In this document: positions 27,451 through 36,605 of the stretch, one piece after another
How positions within the stretch are numbered: the first letter of the stretch is position 1
Layout: the number at the start of each line of letters is the position of its first letter
From: Dehalococcoidia bacterium
GTDB taxonomy: Bacteria > Chloroflexota > Dehalococcoidia > Lucifugimonadales > UBA3495
Length of the DNA: 64,000 bases
Direction of reading: 5' to 3'
Assembly (NCBI GenBank): GCA_965201145.1
Contig: CBDAVT010000001.1
Location: 70,889-134,888 of the forward strand
Notes under the pieces: model-generated
Seen by the model: only the letters and a program-made list of their open reading frames with translations
The model's database searches: none
Told to the model about the DNA's origin: nothing
Position numbers and translations under genes: made by a program

Positions 27451-29298
27451 TCACGCCGAAAACATCCTCCGCTTGGTTTCGGTCATAGCCTCTGCCGGGT
27501 TTCCGAACTCCCACAAGGAAGCGACGCCGCCGGCTAGAGTTACCTCAGGGGTCTGGAATATTTGCGGACTTTCCAAACCTTCCGTGCCGCCCCTGGTGAA
27601 CTGGGAAGTAATGGCTTGGATGACTGCTGCCGTTGCCGCCGGCAGATTATTGAGCCAATCCCGGTTCTTATAAGCAAAGGCTTCGGCTCGGGCTTCCCTG
27701 GTTTTTGCCGCCTGCCCATAGGCCAGGTCAGCCAGCACATCGAACAGGTCGCAGTCTTCCATATCGGAAAACTCCCGAATCAAGTTAGCGCCGGCCTCGG
27801 GCAGATTTTCCAGCACTTCGCGCCGCGCCGCGGGCTGGATCCAGGCAGCCCGAAACTGGTCCAACACCGGTATATCCGCCACCAGACGGGCAGCCAGCCG
27901 CTGTTTATACTCTTCCAGCGTAACCATTACCTGCTGTCCGGCAGCGTCCATTTCCGTGATATAAGCGCCGGCCGAAGATATGCGAACGTCGAACCCGTGG
28001 GCCACTACCAGAGTTTCCGGCTCACGGGGAGAAGTACCATCAGCATCGGTGTCTGAATTACCTTCGGGCCGGAAAGCCTGGATGAAGTCTTCGGCAAATA
28101 GTCGGGTAGCATTAGTGTAGTCATACACTCGGAAGGAGAGCTTGTTGATACGTTCGTCAATCCGGGTGCCTCTGCCCACCATCTGGTAAAAGGCGATGGG
28201 AGAGCTGACGTACTTAAAGAACACTATATTCACCACCGGAGGGACATCCACTCCGGTGGTCAGCAAGTCAACGGTGGTGGCAATAAAGTAGCGCTGGCTG
28301 CTGCTCTTAAAGTCGGCAATCAGACCCTGGCCCTCACTGGCCGCAGTGCACTTGAAGGCATAGCTCTCAACCCTGGTTTGACCATTGGCCTGACACCATT
28401 GGGTATATAGATTGTTCATTTCATTAGCTACGGCGTCGGCATGCTGGTCGCGGATGCAAAAGATAATGGTTTTCTGATGGGGAGTTATTTCGTCCTGCAC
28501 CAAATGGTTGAACAAGTCCTGACACATAGCTTCTATACGGTCCGGGAGCATGAGCCTGGCCTCAAAGCTTTGGGCATTATAATGCTCCCTGACTACCTGC
28601 GGCTCCACCGCTTGGCCGGTAAGTTGATCCGTAAGGGCCTTATTCTCCAAATCGGCACGGTCAACGCCGGTGACACTTTCCGGGGCCGGCTGATCATCAA
28701 GAAATACATCCCGTTTGATTATTTCCATAGCCGCCAGGTAACCGTCTTCTATGCCACGGCCGATGGAGTACTCGTAAATCGGTTCACCAAAATATTTGTA
28801 GTTGTCGTTAGTTATCCGTTGGTCTTCCCTGCTCTCCGGCGTGGGTTTGACATAGTGAAAGGTTCGCGGGGTTGCCGTAAGACCGATTTGCACCGCATTG
28901 GGATTGCGGCGCAAAACATCGTGCCACTTACCCCAGGCAGAGCGGTGGCACTCGTCAATTATGATATGGCTGAAGTAATCAAAGGGATAGTTGGCGGTCA
29001 GGAATGAATCATTAGCATCATCTCGATCTACACCAAGGGTCTGGTAAGTGGCAATGATGATGCGGGCGTTCTTTTGCGGGTTGCCCGCGCTGGCCGCCGC
29101 CGCATTATTGCCAAACTCATTGCTGAAAGCGCTTAATCCCTGGGTCCGCAGCTCATCCCGGTCACACAAGAACAATGCTTTGCGAAGCTGGCCGGCGTCA
29201 GCAATCCGCTTCAGCAGGTTCACCGCAATAAAGGTCTTGCCCGAACCGGTAGCTAAACTGATTAAGGCGCGGTTTTCGCCACGAGCTATCTTTTCCAA
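27451..29298 (-). CDS. hsdR: type I restriction enzyme R subunit, helicase and C-terminal part
   Basis: Walker A ATGSGKT, DEAH box (IIIDECHRS), helicase C motifs and an EcoEI_R_C-like tail are present. Upstream the frame continues as RYYQDAAIRAVLEKIA. Confidence 0.88.
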   Translation of the reverse strand: MEKIARGENRALISLATGSGKTFIAVNLLKRIADAGQLRKALFLCDRDELRTQGLSAFSNEFGNNAAAASAGNPQKNARIIIATYQTLGVDRDDANDSFLTANYPFDYFSHIIIDECHRSAWGKWHDVLRRNPNAVQIGLTATPRTFHYVKPTPESREDQRITNDNYKYFGEPIYEYSIGRGIEDGYLAAMEIIKRDVFLDDQPAPESVTGVDRADLENKALTDQLTGQAVEPQVVREHYNAQSFEARLMLPDRIEAMCQDLFNHLVQDEITPHQKTIIFCIRDQHADAVANEMNNLYTQWCQANGQTRVESYAFKCTAASEGQGLIADFKSSSQRYFIATTVDLLTTGVDVPPVVNIVFFKYVSSPIAFYQMVGRGTRIDERINKLSFRVYDYTNATRLFAEDFIQAFRPEGNSDTDADGTSPREPETLVVAHGFDVRISSAGAYITEMDAAGQQVMVTLEEYKQRLAARLVADIPVLDQFRAAWIQPAARREVLENLPEAGANLIREFSDMEDCDLFDVLADLAYGQAAKTREARAEAFAYKNRDWLNNLPAATAAVIQAITSQFTRGGTEGLESPQIFQTPEVTLAGGVASLWEFGNPAEAMTETKRRMFSA

Positions 29299-29822
29299 TA
29301 CCGCACGAATAGCGGCATCCTGATAGTAACGGCGTGCCGTTCACCCTTGGAATAAGGTGTGACCAAGGGCTTGGCTTCAGTGGAATCCAGTTTGAACCCC
29401 CGCTTTTGTTCATAGCGAACTTGCAATTCCGAGGGGGACGGAAACTCGGACATAGGTCGAGGGTTGGTAGTCAAGCCGGTAAATTGGTCATATTCCACAA
29501 ACTGGTGACCGTTAGAGGAATATACGAAAGGAGTATTCAGGCGGTCGGCGTATCCTTTTGCTTGCTCCAGACCAAATCCAGGGGGATTATCTTCAGACTT
29601 GGCCTCTACCAGAGCCACAGCCACAGGCTGCTTTCCCGCTTCAGACACAACCCGCAACGTATAGTCAACTCGTTTGTTACGGCGACGAGCTCTACCACCA
29701 ACGATTTCAATCTTACCTGCAGTTTCTTCACGCTTAATCAGGTTCTCCGTCCAACCTCGCGCGTGAAGAGCAGGATCGATTAGCTTCGCTCGCGTATCTG
29801 ATTCGTTAAAAGGCATATCCAC
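29286..29822 (-). CDS. hsdR: type I restriction enzyme R subunit, N-terminal nuclease (HSDR_N) part
   Basis: PD-(D/E)xK region (VDYTL...ALVEAKS). It is joined to the helicase part by a 1-nt loss in a C-run (plus-strand GG at 29351-29352). Confidence 0.85.
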   Translation of the reverse strand: MDMPFNESDTRAKLIDPALHARGWTENLIKREETAGKIEIVGGRARRRNKRVDYTLRVVSEAGKQPVAVALVEAKSEDNPPGFGLEQAKGYADRLNTPFVYSSNGHQFVEYDQFTGLTTNPRPMSEFPSPSELQVRYEQKRGFKLDSTEAKPLVTPYSKGERHAVTIRMPLFVRYWKR

Positions 29823-29849
29823 GCCATTCTAGCATATATAACAGCCCCC

Positions 29850-30983
29850 CTACCCCACAATCTCCCTGACCGTCTTGTCCACCAGCTCTATCGGGACGTC
29901 GCGGCGGACGGTGGCTTGGCCTGTTTTTTCCAGCATTATCCAGCGGTTAGCGCCACCGGAGACCTTTTTGTCCAGGGACATAGCCCGGCGGATGTCATCT
30001 ACCGGGACGCCTGGCGCGGCAGTGGGCAGGTTGAACCGGCGCAGCAAGTCATACTGGCGGTCAACCAGGTCCTGACCGTGCAGCCCCATGGCGCAGGCCA
30101 TTTTGGCAGCGCCCATCATCCCGATGGACACCCCCTCGCCGTGCATAAACCGGCCATACTCGGTGGAAGCTTCCAGGGCATGGCCGATGGTATGACCGTA
30201 GTTCAGCAAAATGCGAATGTCCAGGGTTTCCCGCTCGTCCTGGCTGACCACATCGGCCTTGATAGCCATACTGCGGCGGATAACCTCGGTGGAAATTTCC
30301 GGCTCCACCTCCATTAACGCCTCAGCGTGTTCCTCGAACACATCCACCAATGCGGCGTCCAGAATGAAGCCGTGCTTGATCGCCTCGGCCCAACCTTCGG
30401 ACAATTCCCGCTTGCCCAGCGTGGACAGAGCCTGCACGTCAGCCAGCACGGCCCGGGGCTGGTAGAAGGCGCCCACCAGATTCTTGCCATGGGGCAGGTT
30501 CACCGCCACCTTGCCACCGATGGAAGCGTCCACCATCGCGGCCATGCTGGTCGGCACCTGCACGAAGGGAACGCCCCGCAGAAAGGTAGCCGCCACGTAA
30601 CCGGCCAGGTCGCCCACTACGCCGCCGCCGACGGCCAGGATGGCGTGGCCCCGCTCGGCGCGCAGGCTCACCAGCCATTCGTAGATAGCCTGGGCCAGGC
30701 TGTTGGTCTTGCTGGGTTCGCCGGGGGGAATGATGAAACAGTGGGCGGCGATACCGTGTCGCTGCAAGGCCCGCTGGGCCCGGCGTCCGTAACGGTTCAT
30801 CAGGTTTTCGTCGGTGATGATATAAACGGGACTGCCGATACCCAGATCGGTGAGCCAGTCGCCCAGCCGGTCGATGATGCCCCAGCCAGCTACCACCGGG
30901 TAGCTGCCGCCGGAATGATAAACGGTCGCCGCCAGGTCGGGATTAGCGTTGGAGTCAAAAGCAGAGTTTGTTGCGGTGGTCAT
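29850..30983 (-). CDS. aroB: 3-dehydroquinate synthase
   Basis: 377-aa ORF with GGGVVGDLAGYVAATFLRGVPFVQVPTS..AMVDASIGGK, the canonical AroB core. Confidence 0.93.
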   Translation of the reverse strand: MTTATNSAFDSNANPDLAATVYHSGGSYPVVAGWGIIDRLGDWLTDLGIGSPVYIITDENLMNRYGRRAQRALQRHGIAAHCFIIPPGEPSKTNSLAQAIYEWLVSLRAERGHAILAVGGGVVGDLAGYVAATFLRGVPFVQVPTSMAAMVDASIGGKVAVNLPHGKNLVGAFYQPRAVLADVQALSTLGKRELSEGWAEAIKHGFILDAALVDVFEEHAEALMEVEPEISTEVIRRSMAIKADVVSQDERETLDIRILLNYGHTIGHALEASTEYGRFMHGEGVSIGMMGAAKMACAMGLHGQDLVDRQYDLLRRFNLPTAAPGVPVDDIRRAMSLDKKVSGGANRWIMLEKTGQATVRRDVPIELVDKTVREIVG

Positions 30984-31149
30984 AGAAAAGCTCCCAATTT
31001 AATGCTGCCGGTCAACGCCGGCGCCGCCAGGGGACAGGACAGTTTACCGGAAATTCCAGGGGACTAATACCTCGTTGATGTTAAAAAACTCCACAGACTC
31101 CTATTCAATGGAATCATCATCCGCACAGCTACAAATATCTGTTTCAAGA

Positions 31150-31383
31150 TCATGGACGCACATTACCAATATAAGTGACGTGAGTAAACACTATGGCCCG
31201 ACGGTCTTCGGGGATCGGCGCTTCCACCGCGCCCGGAGTCCTCATCCACACGCGCTGGCCCAAGTTGGCATTGTCGAGAATCCACTGACGGGAAACTCGG
31301 TGCGGCATACCATAGTGGCTGGCCGGCAAGCGGTCGAACACTTCAACAACCTCCACAGATTCTAATTCAGGAACCCCGGCCAA
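31150..31383 (-). CDS. hypothetical protein (77 aa)
   Basis: An ORF co-directional with aroB and aroK, lying between them. No family recognised, and coding status is uncertain. Confidence 0.3.
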   Translation of the reverse strand: MAGVPELESVEVVEVFDRLPASHYGMPHRVSRQWILDNANLGQRVWMRTPGAVEAPIPEDRRAIVFTHVTYIGNVRP

Positions 31384-31478
31384 TAGTTCCGGGCAACCCT
31401 AGGTGTTCCCCGGACCAGAGGATAAGCCAGGGCGTAACCGCGGCTAAATCACTTTAATCGGCGGCCGTCAGTGGGCAA

Positions 31479-32033
31479 TCATCCTCCAACTTTTCCGAGA
31501 TTCAGGAAACTCAGCGCCACGTCTGCCACTTCCTCCGGTGTCCGGGTGTCGGTGTCGATGCAGTGGTGGGCCTGGGCGTAGGCGTCGGCCCGTTCCGCCA
31601 GCAGTTCCCGTATCCGGGCTAAAGGGTCGAGGCCGGTCAGCAGGGGACGGGCCGCCGCGCCCGATGCCTGGTCCGATTTCAAGCGTTGGTGAATGGTCTC
31701 AGGCTGGGCGCGGAGGCAGAACACCCGGCCGCCTTGAAGCATAGTTTGACGGTTTTGCGGGTCCACGAAGGCCCCGCCGCCGGCGGAGATGACTTGCCCC
31801 GAACCGGCGCACAATTCGGCGATTACCTCCCGTTCCAGAGCGCGAAAGGCGGACTCCCCATCCTCGGCAAATATACGGTCAATGGACTTGCCGGCCCGGG
31901 CGATTATTTCCGAATCGGCGTCCACCGGAGTCCACCCGGTACGCTGGGCCAGGACACGCCCTACATGGCTCTTGCCCGAAGCCATAAAGCCTACCAGGAT
32001 GATGTTCTGCGGCGGAGTCAATGTTCCCTTCAA
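31479..32033 (-). CDS. aroK: shikimate kinase
   Basis: Walker A GFMASGKSHVG, with DADSEI and the RALE motif. The ORF extends to 32096, but I prefer TTG 32033 (or 32021) because it removes the overlap with the upstream gene. Confidence 0.85.
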   Translation of the reverse strand: MKGTLTPPQNIILVGFMASGKSHVGRVLAQRTGWTPVDADSEIIARAGKSIDRIFAEDGESAFRALEREVIAELCAGSGQVISAGGGAFVDPQNRQTMLQGGRVFCLRAQPETIHQRLKSDQASGAAARPLLTGLDPLARIRELLAERADAYAQAHHCIDTDTRTPEEVADVALSFLNLGKVGG

Positions 32034-32043
32034 GTCAAGAGGA

Positions 32044-32430
32044 TCAGATTTCCAACGTAACGTCCGGGTCCCGAAACGCCAGCGCGAACTGGTCATAATC
32101 CGCCAGCGGGTCAGTCTTGATTATCTCCAGAATTCCGAAAAGCGCGCCTTGCAACTGGAAGTCATTGCCAGTCTTCACCGCTTCGTGCAGCACAACGTAG
32201 AGCTCTTCCAGACTGGCTTTACGCTCCGCAAACTTCAACTCGTAATAGCGCAGCAGCGCTTCCTGCTCTAACCGAAACTTCTCCCGCAACGTTTCATGGT
32301 GGGCTCTAATCCATTCCCGCCGGGATTCTTCCTGCTCGTGGGATTCATACATTTGGACGATCGCTTGCAATCCCAACTTGAAAGCTTGTAATGACAACTG
32401 AGAAACTGCCATGGCAACTTGGGGATTCAT
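32044..32430 (-). CDS. hypothetical all-helical protein (128 aa)
   Basis: GAGGAG lies 10 nt upstream of the ATG, suggesting translational coupling to the upstream ORF. No family recognised. Confidence 0.6.
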   Translation of the reverse strand: MNPQVAMAVSQLSLQAFKLGLQAIVQMYESHEQEESRREWIRAHHETLREKFRLEQEALLRYYELKFAERKASLEELYVVLHEAVKTGNDFQLQGALFGILEIIKTDPLADYDQFALAFRDPDVTLEI

Positions 32431-32437
32431 ACGCTAT

Positions 32438-33031
32438 CTACTCCTCTATGATTCGCCGAGTATCTTCCGATATACCCGGCTGCTCTATCAATTCTCTGAG
32501 CGTCTTCGCAGTCAAGTATATCTGATGCGGCAGATGGAGATCGGGTTCTAAAGGTCGGTTATATTGCATAGGTTCCAGGACCGGTGCAGAAATGCCTCTA
32601 GCCTTCCCCAGCAGATCCCGCAACGCTCGATCTGTATTCTCTGTAATTTCCTGGAGTTCCTCAATTCTGAGTATAGAAGTCTGCATAGCAGTTATCTTAC
32701 GAAGAAGTTTCTTCTCTAAATAAGCAAATCGTTTCAGTCTGGCGTCCACTTGTTTCTCGTAGAGCCATTCCTCAGAGATTTCACTCAATATGTATGGCAG
32801 CGACTCCACTGTGTACTGCTTGGCAACTGCATGCAGGTATATAGCGGCGTCTCCCAAGGTCTGGTTAGCCTCAACTCGGACGCTTCTTAACTGGCTTTCG
32901 GTTCTGAAAAACCAGTGTAATTCAATCCTGTATTGCTTATGAACCTTCAAAACCCCATCAAGGCGTTCATCGTGAATCCTCTTCCATTTGCGCTGATTCG
33001 AAAAACCGGGACCAAAAGGTAATATCGACAT
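32438..33031 (-). CDS. hypothetical protein (197 aa), low-GC
   Basis: The ORF is 32438..33058, and the internal ATG 33031 is preceded by AGGAG. Sampled lines give about 40% GC against roughly 60% background. No family recognised. Confidence 0.6.
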   Translation of the reverse strand: MSILPFGPGFSNQRKWKRIHDERLDGVLKVHKQYRIELHWFFRTESQLRSVRVEANQTLGDAAIYLHAVAKQYTVESLPYILSEISEEWLYEKQVDARLKRFAYLEKKLLRKITAMQTSILRIEELQEITENTDRALRDLLGKARGISAPVLEPMQYNRPLEPDLHLPHQIYLTAKTLRELIEQPGISEDTRRIIEE

Positions 33032-33109
33032 AATTTTAACCACTCCTACCGGGGCCATGCGTCCCTATGGTTTCGTCGCGATTTTTCACGCCCTTCAGCA
33101 AACAACTGA

Positions 33110-33934
33110 CTACCCCGGCAGCTGGGTCAGGTGCATTCGGCTGCCCATGCTGGTGTCGGTGTCGAAGTAGAGGACTTGCTGGCCTACCGAGTTGGTGTTG
33201 GGAGCATCGGCGACGAATCGGAAGCCCTGGCCGCAGCAGTCGGCGATGCCGGCGTGAATGTCATCCATCACGTAGCCAACATGGTCCATAGCGTGGTTCT
33301 CGCCCAGTTCCTCCGGGTTGGCCGGCTCGATCAACTCCACCTGCACCTGCCCGAAGTTGACGAAGGCGTTGCGGCCGCCCCGCCGCGAAGCGCCGCCGCC
33401 GATATGCTCGCCATCAAACTTTTCCACGTACCAGGCGATAGCCTCGTCCAGATCGGGAACCAGGTAGCCGGCGTGGACAATTTTGGCTACCGGCACGCCG
33501 CCGCCCACTCCGGTATGGACGGCGTTTTCCGGCGCCGGCAGTTGGGTCAGGTGAATCAGGATATTGTTGGTAGTGTCGGGATGAAAATAGAGCAGCTGCT
33601 GACCCAACTGGTTAGTACGGGGAGCATCGGCGGCAAACCGGAATCCGCGGGCCCGACATTCAGCGATGGCGGCGTGGATGTCCGGCACTACGTAGGCTAC
33701 GTGGTGCATCACCAGGGCGTCCCGGGGCAAATCCGCCGTATCCGCCGGCTGAATCAGCTCCACCTCCACCTGGCCGAAGCGCAGAAATGCGTTGATGCCG
33801 CCACCGGGAACCTGTACGCTGCTGGCGACGTCGCCGCCGCCGGCTCGTTCAGCGCCAAAGCCCCGGTGGTACCAGGCGATGGCAGCTTCCAGGTCTGCGG
33901 TGTAGTATCCGATATGCTGTATCCTGTCGAACAT
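33110..33934 (-). CDS. VOC (glyoxalase/bleomycin-resistance/dioxygenase) family protein, tandem-domain
   Basis: 274-aa ORF with two internally repeated halves (IxHxGYxVxDLxxAIAWY ... HHVAYV). This is the VOC-fold pattern, as in methylmalonyl-CoA epimerase-like proteins. Confidence 0.75.
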   Translation of the reverse strand: MFDRIQHIGYYTADLEAAIAWYHRGFGAERAGGGDVASSVQVPGGGINAFLRFGQVEVELIQPADTADLPRDALVMHHVAYVVPDIHAAIAECRARGFRFAADAPRTNQLGQQLLYFHPDTTNNILIHLTQLPAPENAVHTGVGGGVPVAKIVHAGYLVPDLDEAIAWYVEKFDGEHIGGGASRRGGRNAFVNFGQVQVELIEPANPEELGENHAMDHVGYVMDDIHAGIADCCGQGFRFVADAPNTNSVGQQVLYFDTDTSMGSRMHLTQLPG

Positions 33935-33997
33935 ATTGCCCTCCCTCAGAGACCGATTTGGCCGATTAGTGGGGTCAGTATGGTTGACGGTGGTGAA

Positions 33998-34424
33998 CTA
34001 ACGTTGGGAACTCTGGAAGATGGCCTCTCGCAGTCCGTCCAGTAGCCCGTCCAAATGGGCCAGACGCTCCCGCATTGCCGCCAGTTCCCCGTCGTGGCTG
34101 TCCATCCTGGATTCCAGCTTGTCAAAACGCAAGTCCTGTCGCCGTTCCAGCACGGTTATCCGCTGATCCATCCTGGTTTCCAGCACGGTTCATCCGCTCA
34201 TCCATTCGGGCTTCAAAAGCGTCGAAGCGCTCATCCATTCGGGCTTCAAAGGCGTCGAGGCGCTGGTCCATCCAAACTTCAAAAGCGTCGAAGCGATGGG
34301 CAGTCCGGCTTTCGGCGTTGTCAATACGCTGACCCAAACGATGGGTGGTAGTCAGCATCAGGGCCACCAACACACCGAAGGCAGTAATTCCCGCACCAAG
34401 AACTGCGATCATATCCGGCGACAT
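33998..34424 (-). pseudogene. membrane-anchored coiled-coil repeat protein, one frameshift
   Basis: An N-terminal TM helix is followed by 11-aa repeats R[FL]DAFEARMDE. The 34122..34424 frame shifts into the 33998..34186 frame at an extra A (plus-strand TT at 34189-34190). Confidence 0.55.
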
Positions 34425-34804
34425 ACACGCTCCTCAAACTGGCAGATTGCAATTAAGTACTCGGGCCATTATGCCACAAAGTCATTGGGCCGGTATATTG
34501 GCTCCTTCGCAAATCATTGGCTGTGGCAAGGCTTTATTCGCCGGCAGCCGTGGCGCGTATCGAAGGCGCACGACCCTTCGGGTAAACATTTGCCAGAAAA
34601 TGTGCCAGGTATTAAACTCATAACTGAAGTATCCTTAACGCTGGGTTGATACGCTTGATGCGGAGAGATTCAACTGTTTTGGCCGGAGTAAGCAGATTCA
34701 CCTAAATCGCTTTACCACCCCAGGGCCAAAATTAAAAATCTTAGAATGATTTTGTTAGTAGCACGAAGATTATCTAGTATCGTAAAGCATCAAACACATC
34801 TTGT

Positions 34805-34894
34805 CAAGTTCCCCATGACTTGGGGATAGACCGCTTCGCGCTACGATTTTGGCCTGTCGTGAGCGATTTCCCCCGCATTGGCGGGGATAGAGGC
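34805..34894 (+). CRISPR. possible degenerate type I-E-style CRISPR remnant (2 repeats, 1 spacer)
   Basis: The repeats are CAAGTTCCCCATGACTTGGGGATAGACCG and ATTTCCCCCGCATTGGCGGGGATAGAGGC. Their GGGGATAGA cores lie exactly 61 bp apart (29+32). An AT-rich leader-like stretch lies upstream. No cas genes are in the window. Confidence 0.3.
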
Positions 34895-35046
34895 CGCAGC
34901 CTGCCAGTTTTATCCGCCGGATTCCAGCTTGACCGGGTAAGAAAGGTATTGCTAAAATTACGGGATTGATCAGTTCGCAACTAAAAAGGTTCAATTAGTG
35001 GGATTTCCGGCCATAATTTCGGAAACTGTTAAGGAATGGTGGCGTT

Positions 35047-36273
35047 ATGGTTACTGCAATTAGCGAAAATATGTTTACCGACGAGGTAATCAACGACCCC
35101 TATACCTATTACGGCCAACTGCGGGAGGAAGATCCGGTTCACTGGAACGAACTTTACGATGTCTGGGTAATAACCCGCCACGATGACCTAGTTTGGCTCA
35201 CCCGCCACAATGAGCTCTTCTCCTCGGCAGTGTTCAAGAACGACCCTCGACCTCCTTATCCCACCATTTACGATACGGACCTGGGCCTGTACGAGTTCGT
35301 GCGGGAGTATCAGTCCCGGCAGTTTATTCAGCACGACCGGCCGGCGCATCTGGATATGCGCAAGGTGGTGCACGGTTACTTCACGCCCCGCTCCATGGAA
35401 GAATGGCGGCCACTGGTGCAGGAAGCCGTCAAAGACTTGCTGGACGAGGCCGAAGAACGGGGCAGTATGGACGTGATGCGCGATTTCGCTACACCCCTGC
35501 CCCTCCTGATTATCGCTCAGATGATGGGCGTACCCAAGCAGGACCGCCCCTACATCCGGGAAGTGGCGGAAAAGCTGCTCTACGTCGGTCGCGGCGAGCC
35601 CTGGCGGATGCAGAATTTTTCCGAGGGCGTTCGGGAGATGATTGAGTACGTTTCGCCGCTGGTGGAAAAGCGCATCGTTGCACCTGAGGACGATTTCATT
35701 TCAGTACTGGCCCAGGGAGAGCGGGCCGGAGTTTTCACCCGCGAGCAGGTAATTTCCAACTCCTCCCTGCTGCTTCTGGCCGGCCACGAGACTACTATCA
35801 ACCTGCTGTGCAACGGGATTCTGTCCTTCCTGCGCAATCCCGACCAGTGGGAGCTGCTGCGCCGCGACCCGGAAGGGCTGAACGTTAAAGCGACCGAGGA
35901 ATGTCTGCGGCACGATTCATCAGTCAAGTCAATCACCCGCATCGCTTCCGAGGACGTGGAACTGCGGGACAAGCTGATTAAAAAGGATGACCGGATTCGC
36001 TGGTTTATCTCTTCAGCCAACCGGGACCCCCGCAAGTTTGAAGACCCGGACCGATTTGACATCACCCGCTGGCCCAATCCCCACGTAGCTTTCGGAGCCG
36101 GCATTCACCACTGCCTGGGAGCTACTCTGGTGCGCGTGGAAGGGCAGGAAGCTTTCAAGGCTTTCGCCGAGCGGTTTGAGTCCCTGCACCTGGACACCGA
36201 CGCGGCCCAACTGGAGTATCAGCCCAGCATCACTTTCCGGTCGCTGAAGTCGCTGCCGATTACGTGGAATTAG
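35047..36273 (+). CDS. cytochrome P450
   Basis: 408-aa ORF with the haem-binding loop FGAGIHHCLGATL, EXXR (ECLR) and I-helix AGHETT. Confidence 0.93.
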   Translation: MVTAISENMFTDEVINDPYTYYGQLREEDPVHWNELYDVWVITRHDDLVWLTRHNELFSSAVFKNDPRPPYPTIYDTDLGLYEFVREYQSRQFIQHDRPAHLDMRKVVHGYFTPRSMEEWRPLVQEAVKDLLDEAEERGSMDVMRDFATPLPLLIIAQMMGVPKQDRPYIREVAEKLLYVGRGEPWRMQNFSEGVREMIEYVSPLVEKRIVAPEDDFISVLAQGERAGVFTREQVISNSSLLLLAGHETTINLLCNGILSFLRNPDQWELLRRDPEGLNVKATEECLRHDSSVKSITRIASEDVELRDKLIKKDDRIRWFISSANRDPRKFEDPDRFDITRWPNPHVAFGAGIHHCLGATLVRVEGQEAFKAFAERFESLHLDTDAAQLEYQPSITFRSLKSLPITWN

Positions 36274-36288
36274 GGAGGAACTGCCGCA

Positions 36289-36519
36289 ATGACCCAGGAG
36301 CGCAAGCTGAAAATTACGGTTGACCACGATGTGTGCGTCGGCAACGCCATGTGCGAGTCTTTCGCCACCAACACCTTTGCCCTCAACGAAGAGCGCCAGT
36401 CGGAAGCGGTCAACCCCCAGGGCGACCCTCTGGCCCAGATTCTGGAGGCGGCGGATAACTGCCCGGTCAGCGCTATCACGGTGGAGGATGCCGAAACCGG
36501 AGAGCGGCTGTTTCCCTGA
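36289..36519 (+). CDS. ferredoxin (single-cluster, P450 redox partner)
   Basis: 76-aa ORF with the pattern CVGNAMC....CP. It starts 15 nt after the P450 stop. Confidence 0.85.
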   Translation: MTQERKLKITVDHDVCVGNAMCESFATNTFALNEERQSEAVNPQGDPLAQILEAADNCPVSAITVEDAETGERLFP

Positions 36520-36563
36520 CCCTCGCCCGGTCGGCAGAATTTCGCCCCAACGATTTAGACTGA

Positions 36564-36589
36564 TGAGGCGGGTTGAGGGACCCGCCTCA
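36564..36589 (+). terminator. rho-independent terminator after ferredoxin
   Basis: TGAGGCGGGT-TGAGGG-ACCCGCCTCA followed by CTCATTTTCC. Confidence 0.65.
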
Positions 36590-36605
36590 CTCATTTTCCT
36601 GCCCC

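Noticed and set aside
34770-34994. ORF 34770..34994- (74 aa) covering the CRISPR-like units.
   Set aside because: No RBS, odd composition, and it overlaps the repeat units. It is most likely non-coding.
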